Shown here: positions 45,712 to 57,300 of the stretch, piece by piece
Layout of the letters: the number at the start of each line of letters is the position of its first letter
How positions within the stretch are numbered: the stretch's first letter is position 1
Origin: Antedon mediterranea
Taxonomy: Eukaryota; Animalia; Echinodermata
DNA length: 64,000 bases
Direction: 5' to 3'
Assembly (NCBI RefSeq): GCF_964355755.1
Contig: NC_092674.1
Coordinates: forward strand, 31,496,001-31,560,000
Notes under the pieces: model-generated
Told to the model about the DNA's origin: nothing
The model's database searches: none
Seen by the model: the letters and a program-made list of their open reading frames with translations, nothing else
Translations under genes and position numbers: made by a program

Positions 45712-46050
45712 CAAACTGACAAACAGAAACATCTTGGCATTCACATTGATTCGAATTTATCTTTTTCTTTTCATGTAAATAAACTCCGTTCCAAACTGGG
45801 CTTGTCCATCTCCATCTTATCGCGTGCTCGGTCATTTCATTAATAAACACACATCCATACTCCTCTATAACACTATAATCCTCCCACACATTGACTATTG
45901 ATGGAGTATTTGGGGAATCAGATCGAATATTGACCGAATACAGACAATTCAAAATAGAGCACTTCGCATTATCCTTAAAGCTCATCCTCCCACACCACGA
46001 ACTAACATTTACAACAACTTAAATCTTAATACAGTCCAAGACACACTTAC
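45712..46050 (+). mobile_element. Decayed LINE (CR1/L2 group) ORF2 C-terminal fragment
   Basis: Translates as KHLGIHIDSNLSFSFHVNKLRSKL...LLYNTIILPHIDY*WSIWG...IDRIQTIQNRALRIIL, with one frameshift and one stop. Confidence 0.8.
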
Positions 46051-46710
46051 GATCTAGGCCGGCCCTGGGTCGGCCCTGGGTCGGCAATTGATAAGTGTAA
46101 ATACTCCAAAAAGTTAGGCCGGCCCTGGGCCGGACGCAGATCTGGGCCACCTCTCCAGGTAGGTTCAGGAGCGGCTTTTACGTTTTGGGCCGGCTTACGC
46201 AGTGAACCTCGAACAACGTTTGACCTTTGATAATTATAATGTTAAATTTCAACTATCCAGATGCGAATTTTAGGTTGGGTTTTAAAAAAACTCGACTTCA
46301 TATATGTTTCAATTTCGAAGATCTGCTTAAAACATATTTATCTGCCATAAACTTTTATTCACAACATATTAGAAGGCCTACAATACAATATCTTGCATGA
46401 AACGGATATTTAAAAATACACTATAATGTGTAACGGTAGAATTACAATTCTAATGTAAAAGATTAACAAAATAACAATTGAACAGTGTTGTGTGTTGATC
46501 GCGAATAACTAACAATACCATCTTTCCCACAGCACATGTGCACACTCATTTGCATAACAAACGCACGGCATACCAAACTACGATGAGATAAAATTAATTC
46601 TCTTCTAAACACGTAACAAAGAGAATTAATTCCTTATTTTTTACATTAAAATAAATTGAGGGCGCTAAACATAAAATTTAAACCATCAAAGCAGTTGGCG
46701 AGAGCCAAAC

Positions 46711-46968
46711 AAAAAAAAGATGGTAAATGTGCTCTCCCTGCCTCAGCACTAAGGCCCTGCCACAGCCTTTTGGGGTCGTTTCCACCACATCACCAGATGC
46801 ATTGATGTTGTCGCCTCATGATGTGTGGTGGAAAGGGGGACGTATGATCTGTGAACCCCAAACACAGTGACTCGCATAGCCTTAACTCTATTCCACCGAC
46901 CAGCGTGGGAATCGAACCCACGACATACGTATGTTAACCCAACGCTCAGACGACTGAGCTAACTGATC
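46711..46968 (-). ncRNA. tRNA-headed Pol III unit / SINE2-like RNA, ~250 nt, structured 3' body, T8 terminator
   Basis: Head 46897-46968 folds tRNA-like: acceptor GATCAGT/GCTGGTC, D stem GCTC/GAGC, T arm GTGGG-TTCGATT-CCCAC. The anticodon stem does not pair. A box TAGCTCAGTCG, B box GGTTCGATTCC. The unit ends at T8 (46711-46718). Confidence 0.7.
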
Positions 46969-46995
46969 ATTTTGGTTTTAGCAAGGTTAATTGGA

Positions 46996-47038
46996 TATTT
47001 ATGACGTAATGATCAATTACGTAATACACGTATAAATA
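46996..47038. promoter_or_regulatory. Putative bidirectional upstream element between the two tRNA-like units
   Basis: TATTTAT (46996-47002) and TATAAATA (47031-47038) each lie ~30 nt upstream of one unit. They flank TGACGTAA and TTACGTAA (CRE/ATF-like) in near-dyad symmetry. Confidence 0.45.
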
Positions 47039-47063
47039 GACTATTATCAGGTTTTTAGTCATG

Positions 47064-47140
47064 TACTTGGTGGCGTAACGGGTAATGCTCAGTTTTGAGT
47101 GCTATCGGCTGGGGTTCGAACCTCGACGGATATTTTTTTT
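47064..47140 (+). pseudogene. Degenerate tRNA-like Pol III unit
   Basis: A box TGGCGTAACGG (47071), D stem GCGT/ATGC, B box GGTTCGAACC (47113), T8 at 47133-47140; acceptor and anticodon stems do not pair. Confidence 0.6.
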
Positions 47141-50100
47141 GTTTTGAATATTGTTTTTTTTTTAAATAGAGATATATGACACTGTATTGTCGAACATGTA
47201 TGGTACCATACCGGTAGGTATTCAAATATGCTTAATACGAAAAGATATTAAAATTCAGTGACTTATTTCTATTTTATATCACTGTGCTCCCCTGGCTCCA
47301 AATTAGGTCCACATGAGCACAATGTAATAACATACGAAACGATATTAAAATTAGTGACTTATTTCTATCTTATATCACTGTGCTCCACTAGCTCCAAATT
47401 GTGTCCACTTGAGCACAGTATATTAATATACGAAAAGATATTAAAATTAGTGACTTATTTCTATTTTATATCACTGTGCTCCACTGGTGCTAAATTTGGT
47501 CCACTGAACCAGTTACCGTAGTACTATTTCTATTTCGGAAGTAAATAAAGGCATAAATGGCGCTCCGTAGAAGTAGAGAATGCTCGATCGTCGAAATGAC
47601 GCTCTGAATATACCTCATTAAAACGTTTAGACACTTAGATTTCCAATGTGCTGCCATCGTCGTTCTTCTTAACTTGATGAGGTTCAATATAGAGGGCCCA
47701 CTTTTAGTAGATAACCGTGTATTTTGAACAGCATGAGTTAAAGTGCCTAAAGTAGGCATACAATAAGAAAAATGAAATTAAAACTTGTTTTGTTTATTAC
47801 TTAAACTTGTATTATTATATTTTTTATGTTGATACTTCATCTCGTTGAGGACAATACAGAATTTAGCATTCAAGAAGAATTAATGGATATTTAACAGAAA
47901 ACTCACCCGCCATCTTCCTTATAAAATCGGGTTAAACTATAAATACATCATTACTGTTGTAACATAGACTAATTCTGCTTCATTCTATCCTCACTCACAT
48001 CGGAGGAGGGTCATTGGTAAAGAGGTTAAGCAACTGGACCATTATTATTAGTAGGAGTGTTCACAGTTAAGCCTAACTGTTATTGTAGAAGTAAAGTTAC
48101 GTCAATGTAAAAAACATCTTAATTTATTTTTTCTCCTGATTGACGTCGCCGAACAAACTAAATATAAAAATTACAACGAGTTTTCTCAGAAGTAAAATTA
48201 GGCCTTTGTGCGTCATCTGAATATGTGATACACCTATTACAGTTTAGGATTATCGAGTAATTCCAGCCTACCCAATATCAACGATTTCCATTTCATCTGC
48301 ATTAAGAAAATGTTTGTTCTAAGCCGCCATGTTTGAATTATTGTCCGTTGAGATATCAGCGATTTAAATAAAAAATGAAAGGTAATGCATCTCCTTGATT
48401 GAAGAGGCTTTATTTCTTATAACGATAAAGTAAGATTAGGGTTAGAGATTGGTAATTATCATTAGTTATTAGTTTGTTCAGGAAAGCTTGCTATCATATG
48501 TCTTTGAACAACATAATCTATAGTATTATCCTTGTGAACAAGATTCAAACTGTGATGATACATTTTAGAACAAAACAAAATAGAAATAAGCCCTATTATT
48601 ATAAATAATAAAGTTCATCTTTAAGTGTAAAAAGTAATATCTTATTTGTAAGTTATTGTAATTTAATTTTAAGGAAATTAATGACCCTATATGGATTTGA
48701 TCGTCGTTAGTAGCATCACTATGCAAATGTTACCATCCATCCATAATATATAAACACTTAAAACAGTATATTAGTATTGACGAGTGTGGTTCTGAGATTT
48801 GTTTGTGATATAGTTTATGCATTCTAGTCTAACGTTTACCTATATTCATAATAAGAGCATGATTTTTCATAATAGTTACATATCAACCAAATAGATATAT
48901 TGGATTAGCTTAGCTTACATTATTGCCAAATTCATTTAGAACATAAATTTATTTAACGAATTGTGTAATAACCAAAGGTAGTTAAAGCAGCAATTGCAAT
49001 AAGTGAATTATATCTAGGTCTACTACCTGATAAATAACATTATTAGATATGTTGTCACAAAGTCATGTTTCCACAATTCGAATGATAATCCACTTTTATG
49101 TTATTCTATTTAAGTTGAATGATTTTTAAAAGGTGTTTTCATTTGGAATTACAGTTACATGTTTAAACAAGTTTATATACTAATAAACAGAAATTACCAG
49201 TATACGTGGAAGCCAATATTTTTGAAACTACGTCGAATAAAAATGTTTATCATTATTTATGAAACTTACGCTTATGTGGATAACGATCTACCCTACGGTT
49301 TTTTGGAACCGAATCTTACTAATTTCTCCATAATATGCTTAACACTCCATTCATTGATATCAAATCGATACACCATGTTTATACTAAACACACACTAGGC
49401 CTACTTGAAAATAGATGAGAAGAAATAAAGAGTTGAAGCATCAATTCTGCATCAGGGTACTTCAATGCATTATATTCACCAACTCTGATGTTCTTTAATA
49501 CGGTTTTATATAATAATAATTATTACCGGTATAGTGTTGCTAAATGTATAGAATCGTAGCATATAACGTTATTAACATTGCATTACATGTGGGTGTTGTT
49601 TCTTGAGTACATTCTCAACATTTAAGTAATCTTATAAATAATATTTCTTCTTACATACTTCAAGGCTATACTTAGTATTCCTTACCTAAATAGCTCTTAT
49701 TCTGATGCAATTATCGAATTAACTTCGAATGTGGCCTGAAATTATAGATTAAATGGAGTTAAAGTTAAAATATTGGAAGATGCCATTCGTAATTGTTCGT
49801 TTTTAGAAATACATGTCTGAAATAGTAAGGTACGGTAATAGGGACTTAAATGTTATTTAAATTGCGGTAAATAAACTTCTCTTATAATAGTTCCCTCTAC
49901 TCAACAACGGAAGCTTCACTTCTACCAAATCACCAACAATTGGTGTGAGCATTGGTAGGTCGTAAACCATGGCTAATTACATGACTAGCATTTGCATATT
50001 CTGGGATCTCTGAATTTACTAAGCTTTTCAGTAAAATTGTAGTTTGTCAGTAGTTTCTTTAAGGTTAAAATTTACTAATACTTTATACTGTTTGTATTGC

Positions 50101-50348
50101 GTACTGACGTCAATGATAAATGGGCCGACAATCAGTCTTAAATTAATACTTTACATTATTATTTAGTTTATTTACAAAAACGTTTGTTTTTCTACAAATA
50201 AAACAGCAAAACGTAAAATAAATATAATGTAGTATTTACGTATGTTGGGCCCAGTCTTAACATGTTAAAGTGGAGTGCAACATATATACCTATCTACTTT
50301 CATTTAATTATTTACATGTTAATTATTGTTCAAACTCTTTCAAATTAA

Positions 50349-50469
50349 GGCTCTGACTACACTATCAAACGTTATGTGATGTGCCCATATATGAACACAA
50401 TAATATCATGTCACTAACATATTAGGGCACATCACATGTTTTAGTTAGTTTGATAGTGTAGACAGAACA
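50349..50469. mobile_element. Palindromic MITE (~120 bp)
   Basis: CTACACTATCAAAC / GTTTGATAGTGTAG arms, inner ATGTGATGTGCCC / GGGCACATCACAT. Confidence 0.75.
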
Positions 50470-51075
50470 TCACATATTCAACAATTATTTTATCAAAGCT
50501 AAAAAAATAAAGGCAACCTTAAATAAGAACTATATCGTAAGTATATATTACGTGAAGTGCTGAACTATACGATTAATTATGTTTATAATACAATATTGCT
50601 ATCTTAAAATAGTAGGCCATTTCACTAGTCTAGTTAGTAGGCCATTTCACTAGTCTAGTTAATGTGTCAATGAAGACCATACCTACATAAAGAATAACTC
50701 TAAATTCCCAATTTTGAATTAGCTCATAAAATACTATTGATATGGTAATTTTGTTAAGTATGAGTTTTAAATAAATGTCTGTATCTTGCAAAAAAGCCCA
50801 TTGAACGTGGTTACATTCATCTCAGTTGCATGCGTCCTGGTTACCAATACAGCTATCCAAATCACCAAGGGATCATGTTATTCCATGCTTTTACTAAAAA
50901 GTGAATAATTGTACAGAAACTTAGTTTTACACGATACAATCTGACAATTCACGTTCGTCCATCAATGCCCGTAACACTAGCATGGCGACAGTAAGTAAAA
51001 ACAAACTCCTTTCTTCTTTGTAAACGAAGCCTAATAAGTTTTTTTTATTGCACACAGTAACGCCCTCATATGAGA

Positions 51076-51306
51076 CTAATATACGTGACCATACAATGAC
51101 CAATAGACACAGTTAAAGACCACAAAGCTTATTGGGAATGCAAATCTGCAAATACGATCCGTTACATCAGCCGACTTATTTGTTTCCTTACAAGTCTTAG
51201 TCGTTGGTTCAGGAGACATTGATATTTGACAAATATCCTCCTTTGTTAACATCTGTGTAACGTTTCCATTTGCACCTTGTCGATAATATTGTTGACTTGT
51301 TCCATT
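51076..51306 (-). CDS. GLRA: GlyR-like terminal exon (M3-M4 loop, M4)
   Basis: NGTSQQ...[34 protein letters not shown]. Confidence 0.93.
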   Translation of the reverse strand, partial: NGTSQQYYRQGANGNVTQMLTKEDICQISMSPEPTTKTCKETNKSADVTDRICRFAFPISFVVFNCVYWSLYGHVY

Positions 51307-54300
51307 CTGGAAGATAAACATTGAAAATAGAAAAGTAAACATTTCTAAATTTGTAGTAGTGAGATAGATTATCACATATAACAAACATGAAATATCGTGC
51401 ATATAACTCAGATTAAAGTGAGAAGAAAAAATAAATTTATAATCATTTAAGCAGCTATTTTTATTATATTGCATACAGCAACGCCCTCATATGAGACTAG
51501 GCCATACAAAAAATACTAAATAAAACATAATCAGTGGTGAAATGGTGGTAGAATGTGAATTTGTATATTTCTACGGCTAAATGTAATGTGTGTGAGCATA
51601 GTCAATGACTATTGTGTGAGTGTGCATCTCAATGATGATTGATTACTCTTTATAAACCTATTCTTTGTAGTTTTGATTAATGATGCAGGAAGAAATTCAA
51701 TTGACCTTTCGAAAAAAGACATTTTTACATTACTGAGTAGGCCTTTATTTCATCTTTTTGCTTTTTAAATAGTAAACATTTTAAAGTAATTGATGAAGAT
51801 TAATGAATATCATACTTAACCTATTTCTCAATATACATTTTTGTATTATTGTATGATAGATACCTTCTTTATTTTTTCCTTTTCATTCTTTTTTCTGCGT
51901 ACTTGATATGAAACACAGGCAAATTCCAACATTGCAGAGATAACAAAAATAAGGCAAACAGACATCCAGACGTCTATAGCTTTAATATATGACACTTTAG
52001 GTAAAGACGAGTTTGCACCAGTACTCTGTGTGGTCATGGTAAGTACTGTGGTGATACCAAGAGCCACACGTGCTGGTGAACAATCTGGACTTATCCAGAA
52101 TGCTAACCATGAGATCACCACAATCAAAGTTGTTGGTAAATAAATCTGTATTATGTAATAGCCAATTTGCCGGTTCAGATAAAAGATGGCTTCGAGACAA
52201 GTATAGGTTCCTGGAAGTTAAAATACGAAACGTTCTCCATATTGAGATTATTGATATATCAGCAGTAAATACAAAGCTTCTCTCCATTGTATGTACTATT
52301 CGTAATATACGTACGTAATATATCACGTAGACACGACTTTCAAGTCACATGGTCTTGTCAAATATAGTGGCAAAAACGAACCAAGGCGTAATAAGTTATT
52401 AGTCTGTGCAAACACCAATAGTTTGCAACCAGTGAGACTTTAAGAAGCAATGTATAAAGTACATTTACATTAAGATAAACAATTGTTATTAAAAAACATT
52501 AATGTGAATTATACATTTTTCTCAAATCAGCTACATGGTAATATTCTAAGCCAACGCTCGCATGACGTAATATCAAAACTAAAATGTAAGAGAAATGTTA
52601 GTAAAATATTACAATCTACGTCACGTCGGAACTTCTCTATCGTATCAATTTTCAAATACTTTTGTAAAATCAATCTACGAAGAATTAAAGCTAATAACAT
52701 GTTAGTGTTTATGATTGTTTTGAACCAATTTCTAAATGATGCGATATTAAAAAAAAATGGAAAACGACGTAATATAAATAAATTGACATGAGAATAAAAA
52801 GGCCCTAGATTTTTGTAAGTGAATATGACAATAAAAGCAGAAACATTAGTAAAGCAAAACTGTGAATAGATTAAACATTGCTGTTTTCAGATTGTAAAAA
52901 CATCACATAATTCCTCCGACGTTGTGTATTTTGTGAGACGTATCAAAATGAAAGTAATATTCAATACATTGTCTTGATATTATACTATCATTATTTGTTT
53001 GAAAAAGGCTTAGTAGAAAGTGGGTCGAAACTTTATAAACGAAACGATAATTATTTATTCTATAAAAAATAAAATAATTTAGTCGAAATCATTTTGGAAT
53101 GCAAATCGGTTTTCATAATCGATTGTTAACAGTTTCCATCCACAGAGGATGTTTGAATCATCTTGTGTATATCAAAATAAATTGTTTTGTTGTATGCTTT
53201 TACGTGGATTGTTCTTCCTCAATAAAAATGTCTTAATGTATAGTAACTTTATAAAGTGTATACAGAAACCGCCGATTGTATTATTGAGAAAAAATGAATA
53301 CAAATATACTTTATTTTGTTGCTGACGTGTTGCCATTTCTGTGTTATTTGTAATAAATAAGTTGAATATGCATACAGAAACGCAGGATGTCAATACAGTA
53401 CGTTATTACGTTGAGTCGTCGCGTTAGGTCGGTAGGTCGTCACGGTATAGGTCGTTACGTACGTTGTTTTCACAATAGGCATTGTCATCGACGATTGAAT
53501 GGCAGAATAGGCCTACATTGTTGCCAAAGCTTAGAAGTTATTGCGCATCATCTTTACATATTAAATAATTGTACGATATTAAGACATTGATGTTATGCGT
53601 ATTACATACCTGTAGAATAAACCTTGTTACACGGATGTTTTTCTATACGAACGATTGAGAAGGTTGGTAGCTCGACATCTGAACTTACATCGACAGGGTC
53701 ATTATCACGCCATGTGAATATCATATCTTTAGTTGTGTAACCATCTGAGGAAAATATAAAACATTTCGAAAAAGTGGAAATAATAATTGTCGCACATGGT
53801 AACTAGTGAACTGAATGTCAGCTTACAAGAAGATAACGTCATAAACACAATAAACAAGTAAGACTTGAACTAGAAACTATCCCAGTTAAACACAATAAAC
53901 AAGTAAGACTTGAACTAGAAACTATCCAGTTCTACATAAATACAGTTGACAGCCATGATAAGAAATATTGTTATTGTTATTGAAAGCAAAATTCTAGTAG
54001 TTTAATTAACACGAGGACTATGAACCTGGTAAATCTGGACCCATTCTTTCAATACTTGCATATCGACATTGTACGCGTTTATTACTTACATTGTTTTTCT
54101 TCTCAATATTTCATTATGGAAGACAGCTGATATTATGTTATTTTGCCCCTATTTTTGTTTGACCCACTTATACCCAACAAATAGAACTCGTCACTATAAT
54201 TGTTATACAGTACGTATATTTAAATGAATATGACTCCAAATCAACTACAATTGTCACGTTAAGAATACTCGAAACACGTCGGCAGTACATTATCAGATAA

Positions 54301-57300
54301 ATGGACAGACAAGATGCGTGACAATTATTACAACTGCTTTGGGCTATTATTCTTATCAGTATTAAATTTGATATCGGCGACGATAATACATGCGTATTCT
54401 ATACATTTTAATAGAACAAAGTGGCTACTTACAGCTTTCCAATTGGAAGGTACATGTTTGGTTGTCCATCGGAAACTGGTGGAATTTCATCGGACAAGAC
54501 ATTAGCAGTGATAATCTAGTTAACAAGTAAGACGATAATAGTTATAACTCAGTCAATTGGTTAGAAAAATATTAATGTATAATGGTCAAATTCATTCACA
54601 CTTACAAATAGATTAAATTGGGAAAGCTCCAAGTATAATCATAGAAGGATGTTAAAGAAGACCAATTAGAATATAACGGTATACCATGAATCGAGAAAAG
54701 AAGAATTTATAACATTTTTAAGTACAATAGGTCTAGGTGTAGGGCGAAAAGATTCATTTTCCAAAGCACAGTACCTTTCATTGTAAGGTTTTTTAGACTC
54801 ATTAGTAATAATGTCCGTAAAGGCCAAAGCATAATATTTTGATTATTTTTGGTGCAGTTGTGTGAAAATGATGAATTTGAAATATATAGAAATACTCGTT
54901 TGCAGCTGTTATGTATGTTACTTGTGCTTACTGCAGGTAATGCCATGATCATGAACTCAAACTTTATTGACATTTATACATAATATCCGATGACACAATA
55001 AATCGCTATGTCGAAAGTAATGATTACAAGTTTAGTTTTATTGAATAAGCTCAGAAGAACACAAATTCAAAGAGACATGGAGAGTTCGATAATTTAACTA
55101 GGACTGTAATTAACCCTTTTGACGATCGAGGCGCGTCATACGATGTGTACAGCCATTAGCTGAGCCGAAGCGGAAAAGTTTACATAATTTTATCAATGTA
55201 TATTTAGTTATGAACATTTATAATATAATGAGATGGACATAGTGGTATTAGAAAAAATATTACAACAATAATTGAAAGTTATTTCAAAATCGTTACCGTA
55301 CATTTCGGTGCTTTTGTTGAAAGGTTATTTTTAGTTAGTATTCTAGCTTATCATTTTGCAAAATAATTGAATGTTTTTTTCAACATATTTCTAGATTGCA
55401 TTATTAAAATGTTTCCAAATATTAAGCGGATATATAATACTAAGTGTACTGATTTGGTAATGATAGGAGATGTACTAGATGTTAGCAGCATTATCACTCA
55501 CTCACTCATTATCACTTTTTTAAATATTATCTTCTGCCTTTTCATTTCAAAATCTCATTTTTAGTGTACCTATTTCTAGTTTAAATTGTAGAAATTGATT
55601 TTGACCAAGTAAACGAACGATCGCGGTATAATTTATTGCAGAAGTAGACGCTGTGCTTTACCATTAATTATTATAACAGTATATAGGCCTACCGCAGCTA
55701 CTGTATTTTCATAGTGATAGTTGTTGAATGGCTAATTCTCTCTATACGGTTAGTAGAGGAAATGTGAGAAAGATCAGCAGGAACCAAAGGATAAGAAGTA
55801 GTAATATTTAGTATTGTGTAGTGTAATAGATGCTGAGTTGCCCAACACCTGGTTCTTTCGTCACAAATAGTTCTACCTCAGTAAAACATAGTAGCAACGA
55901 CTATTATTAGTGGCGTAATGAATAGTAACGTCAATTATAAAATGGTATACCTAACACTGTACAATATATCGCCATTTGGTGATAACCGCAGGAGCTTATT
56001 ATCAGTTGTTATATCGTGCGTCTCGGCTTTCTTTTCTGAAGGAAAGTAAAGATCTGGAAACCATAGATTCTCTAATAAGCTAACGTCAACAGTCACAGTA
56101 TGGTTGTAATCGGTGAATTTCAATCTAGGATCGTTCCAATTCTGTCTCATGTATAGTACCATCTCGTAACTCTAAAAGAATTCAAAAAACATTAATCAGA
56201 TTTAGATTCATTACAACGAACAAATACATCATTTAAATTATTAATAACTCCGTCCGCGACAGACGTCGGCCAAAGAAGAAGATTCTTTAAAGCGTTTCCC
56301 ACTTTTACGCAAGCGCAAGTATGGACCTGCATCACAAGAACAAGTTGACCAATTACGAACGTGGTGGATCATTTCAACTGTGATTGGTCAACTCACTGGC
56401 GTTGCGCGTGGGAATTGAGTTCAGTAAACTTTTTCTCTTTTTCGTCAATAATATTCTTACTTTCAATTAAATTTCTAATCATACGAATACCCATCTGCTG
56501 TAATCTATTTTTGTAATATAATTTTGTAGCAAATTAATTATTCCAGATGTTTGACATATAATTTATTCTAGTTTATCAGGGTTGTCAGTATTAAGACATA
56601 ATTAACCTTTAAGCTATATCACTACTTTTCATTCAAGTAATTTTTATTTCAGATTTTTTTTCTCTCAGTATTCGTCATGTCAGTTATCTTTCCAGCAGCC
56701 TGACTTTATAATTTTGTAAGACCAATATAATTTTACTCATAGTAGTTAAATAGTGACAATTGGCATCATAAATAACACAACTATGACATTAATGTTACTA
56801 AATATGTCTTAATGAACATACTATGTAGCTACTGTTTAACCAAAGGCTTACCAAACAATGCCATTTATAAACCTAGAAAGATTCTCGCTCCTACAATCGC
56901 TTGAAGGGGCACAATGCTAGAATACCGTGCAAAGGAGCAAGATCAATGATAAATCGCTCCTCATTTTTCATTCGGTACCATTGCGCTTGTTTCAGTGTTT
57001 AGTTTTCTCAAAATTTACAATAATAAACCATGAAACATTGAAGTGCGGATGTATAATGATTTAACTAAAAGGAGACAACCAACGTTCAAATATGTTAATG
57101 ATTAAGACATTAAATAATATATACAAGACTGCAGTTCGTTGTTCCCTAAACCTTCAATTTGAAATCACTATCACGGTTTTGATTTCATTTGCCGTTTTGT
57201 ATAGATAAATACCTCGTAGTCATTTAGAGCAGGACACTCTAATTTAATCATCACTTATCCATCATATTGAAGTGAAGATGAAAGCAAACATATAATTGGA

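Larger units (their letters stand above)
45502..47622. mobile_element. ~2.1 kb segment bounded by ~200-bp imperfect inverted repeats (putative non-autonomous/foldback DNA transposon)
   Basis: 45502-45701 is the reverse complement of 47426-47622 (e.g. GGAGCGCCATTTATGCCTTTA vs TAAAGGCATAAATGGCGCTCC; AATAGAAATAGTACTACGGTAACTG vs CAGTTACCGTAGTACTATTTCTATT). The inner part of the right arm is repeated three times in tandem (~96 bp, 47235-47510). Confidence 0.65.

Noticed and set aside
46775-46800. Hammerhead-like CTGGTGA...GAAAC on the minus strand
   Set aside because: The core deviates from CUGANGA and there is no stem II between the motifs
46897-46968. Canonical tRNA gene
   Set aside because: The anticodon stem does not pair (TTGGG vs ACGTA) and the unit continues ~180 nt before a terminator
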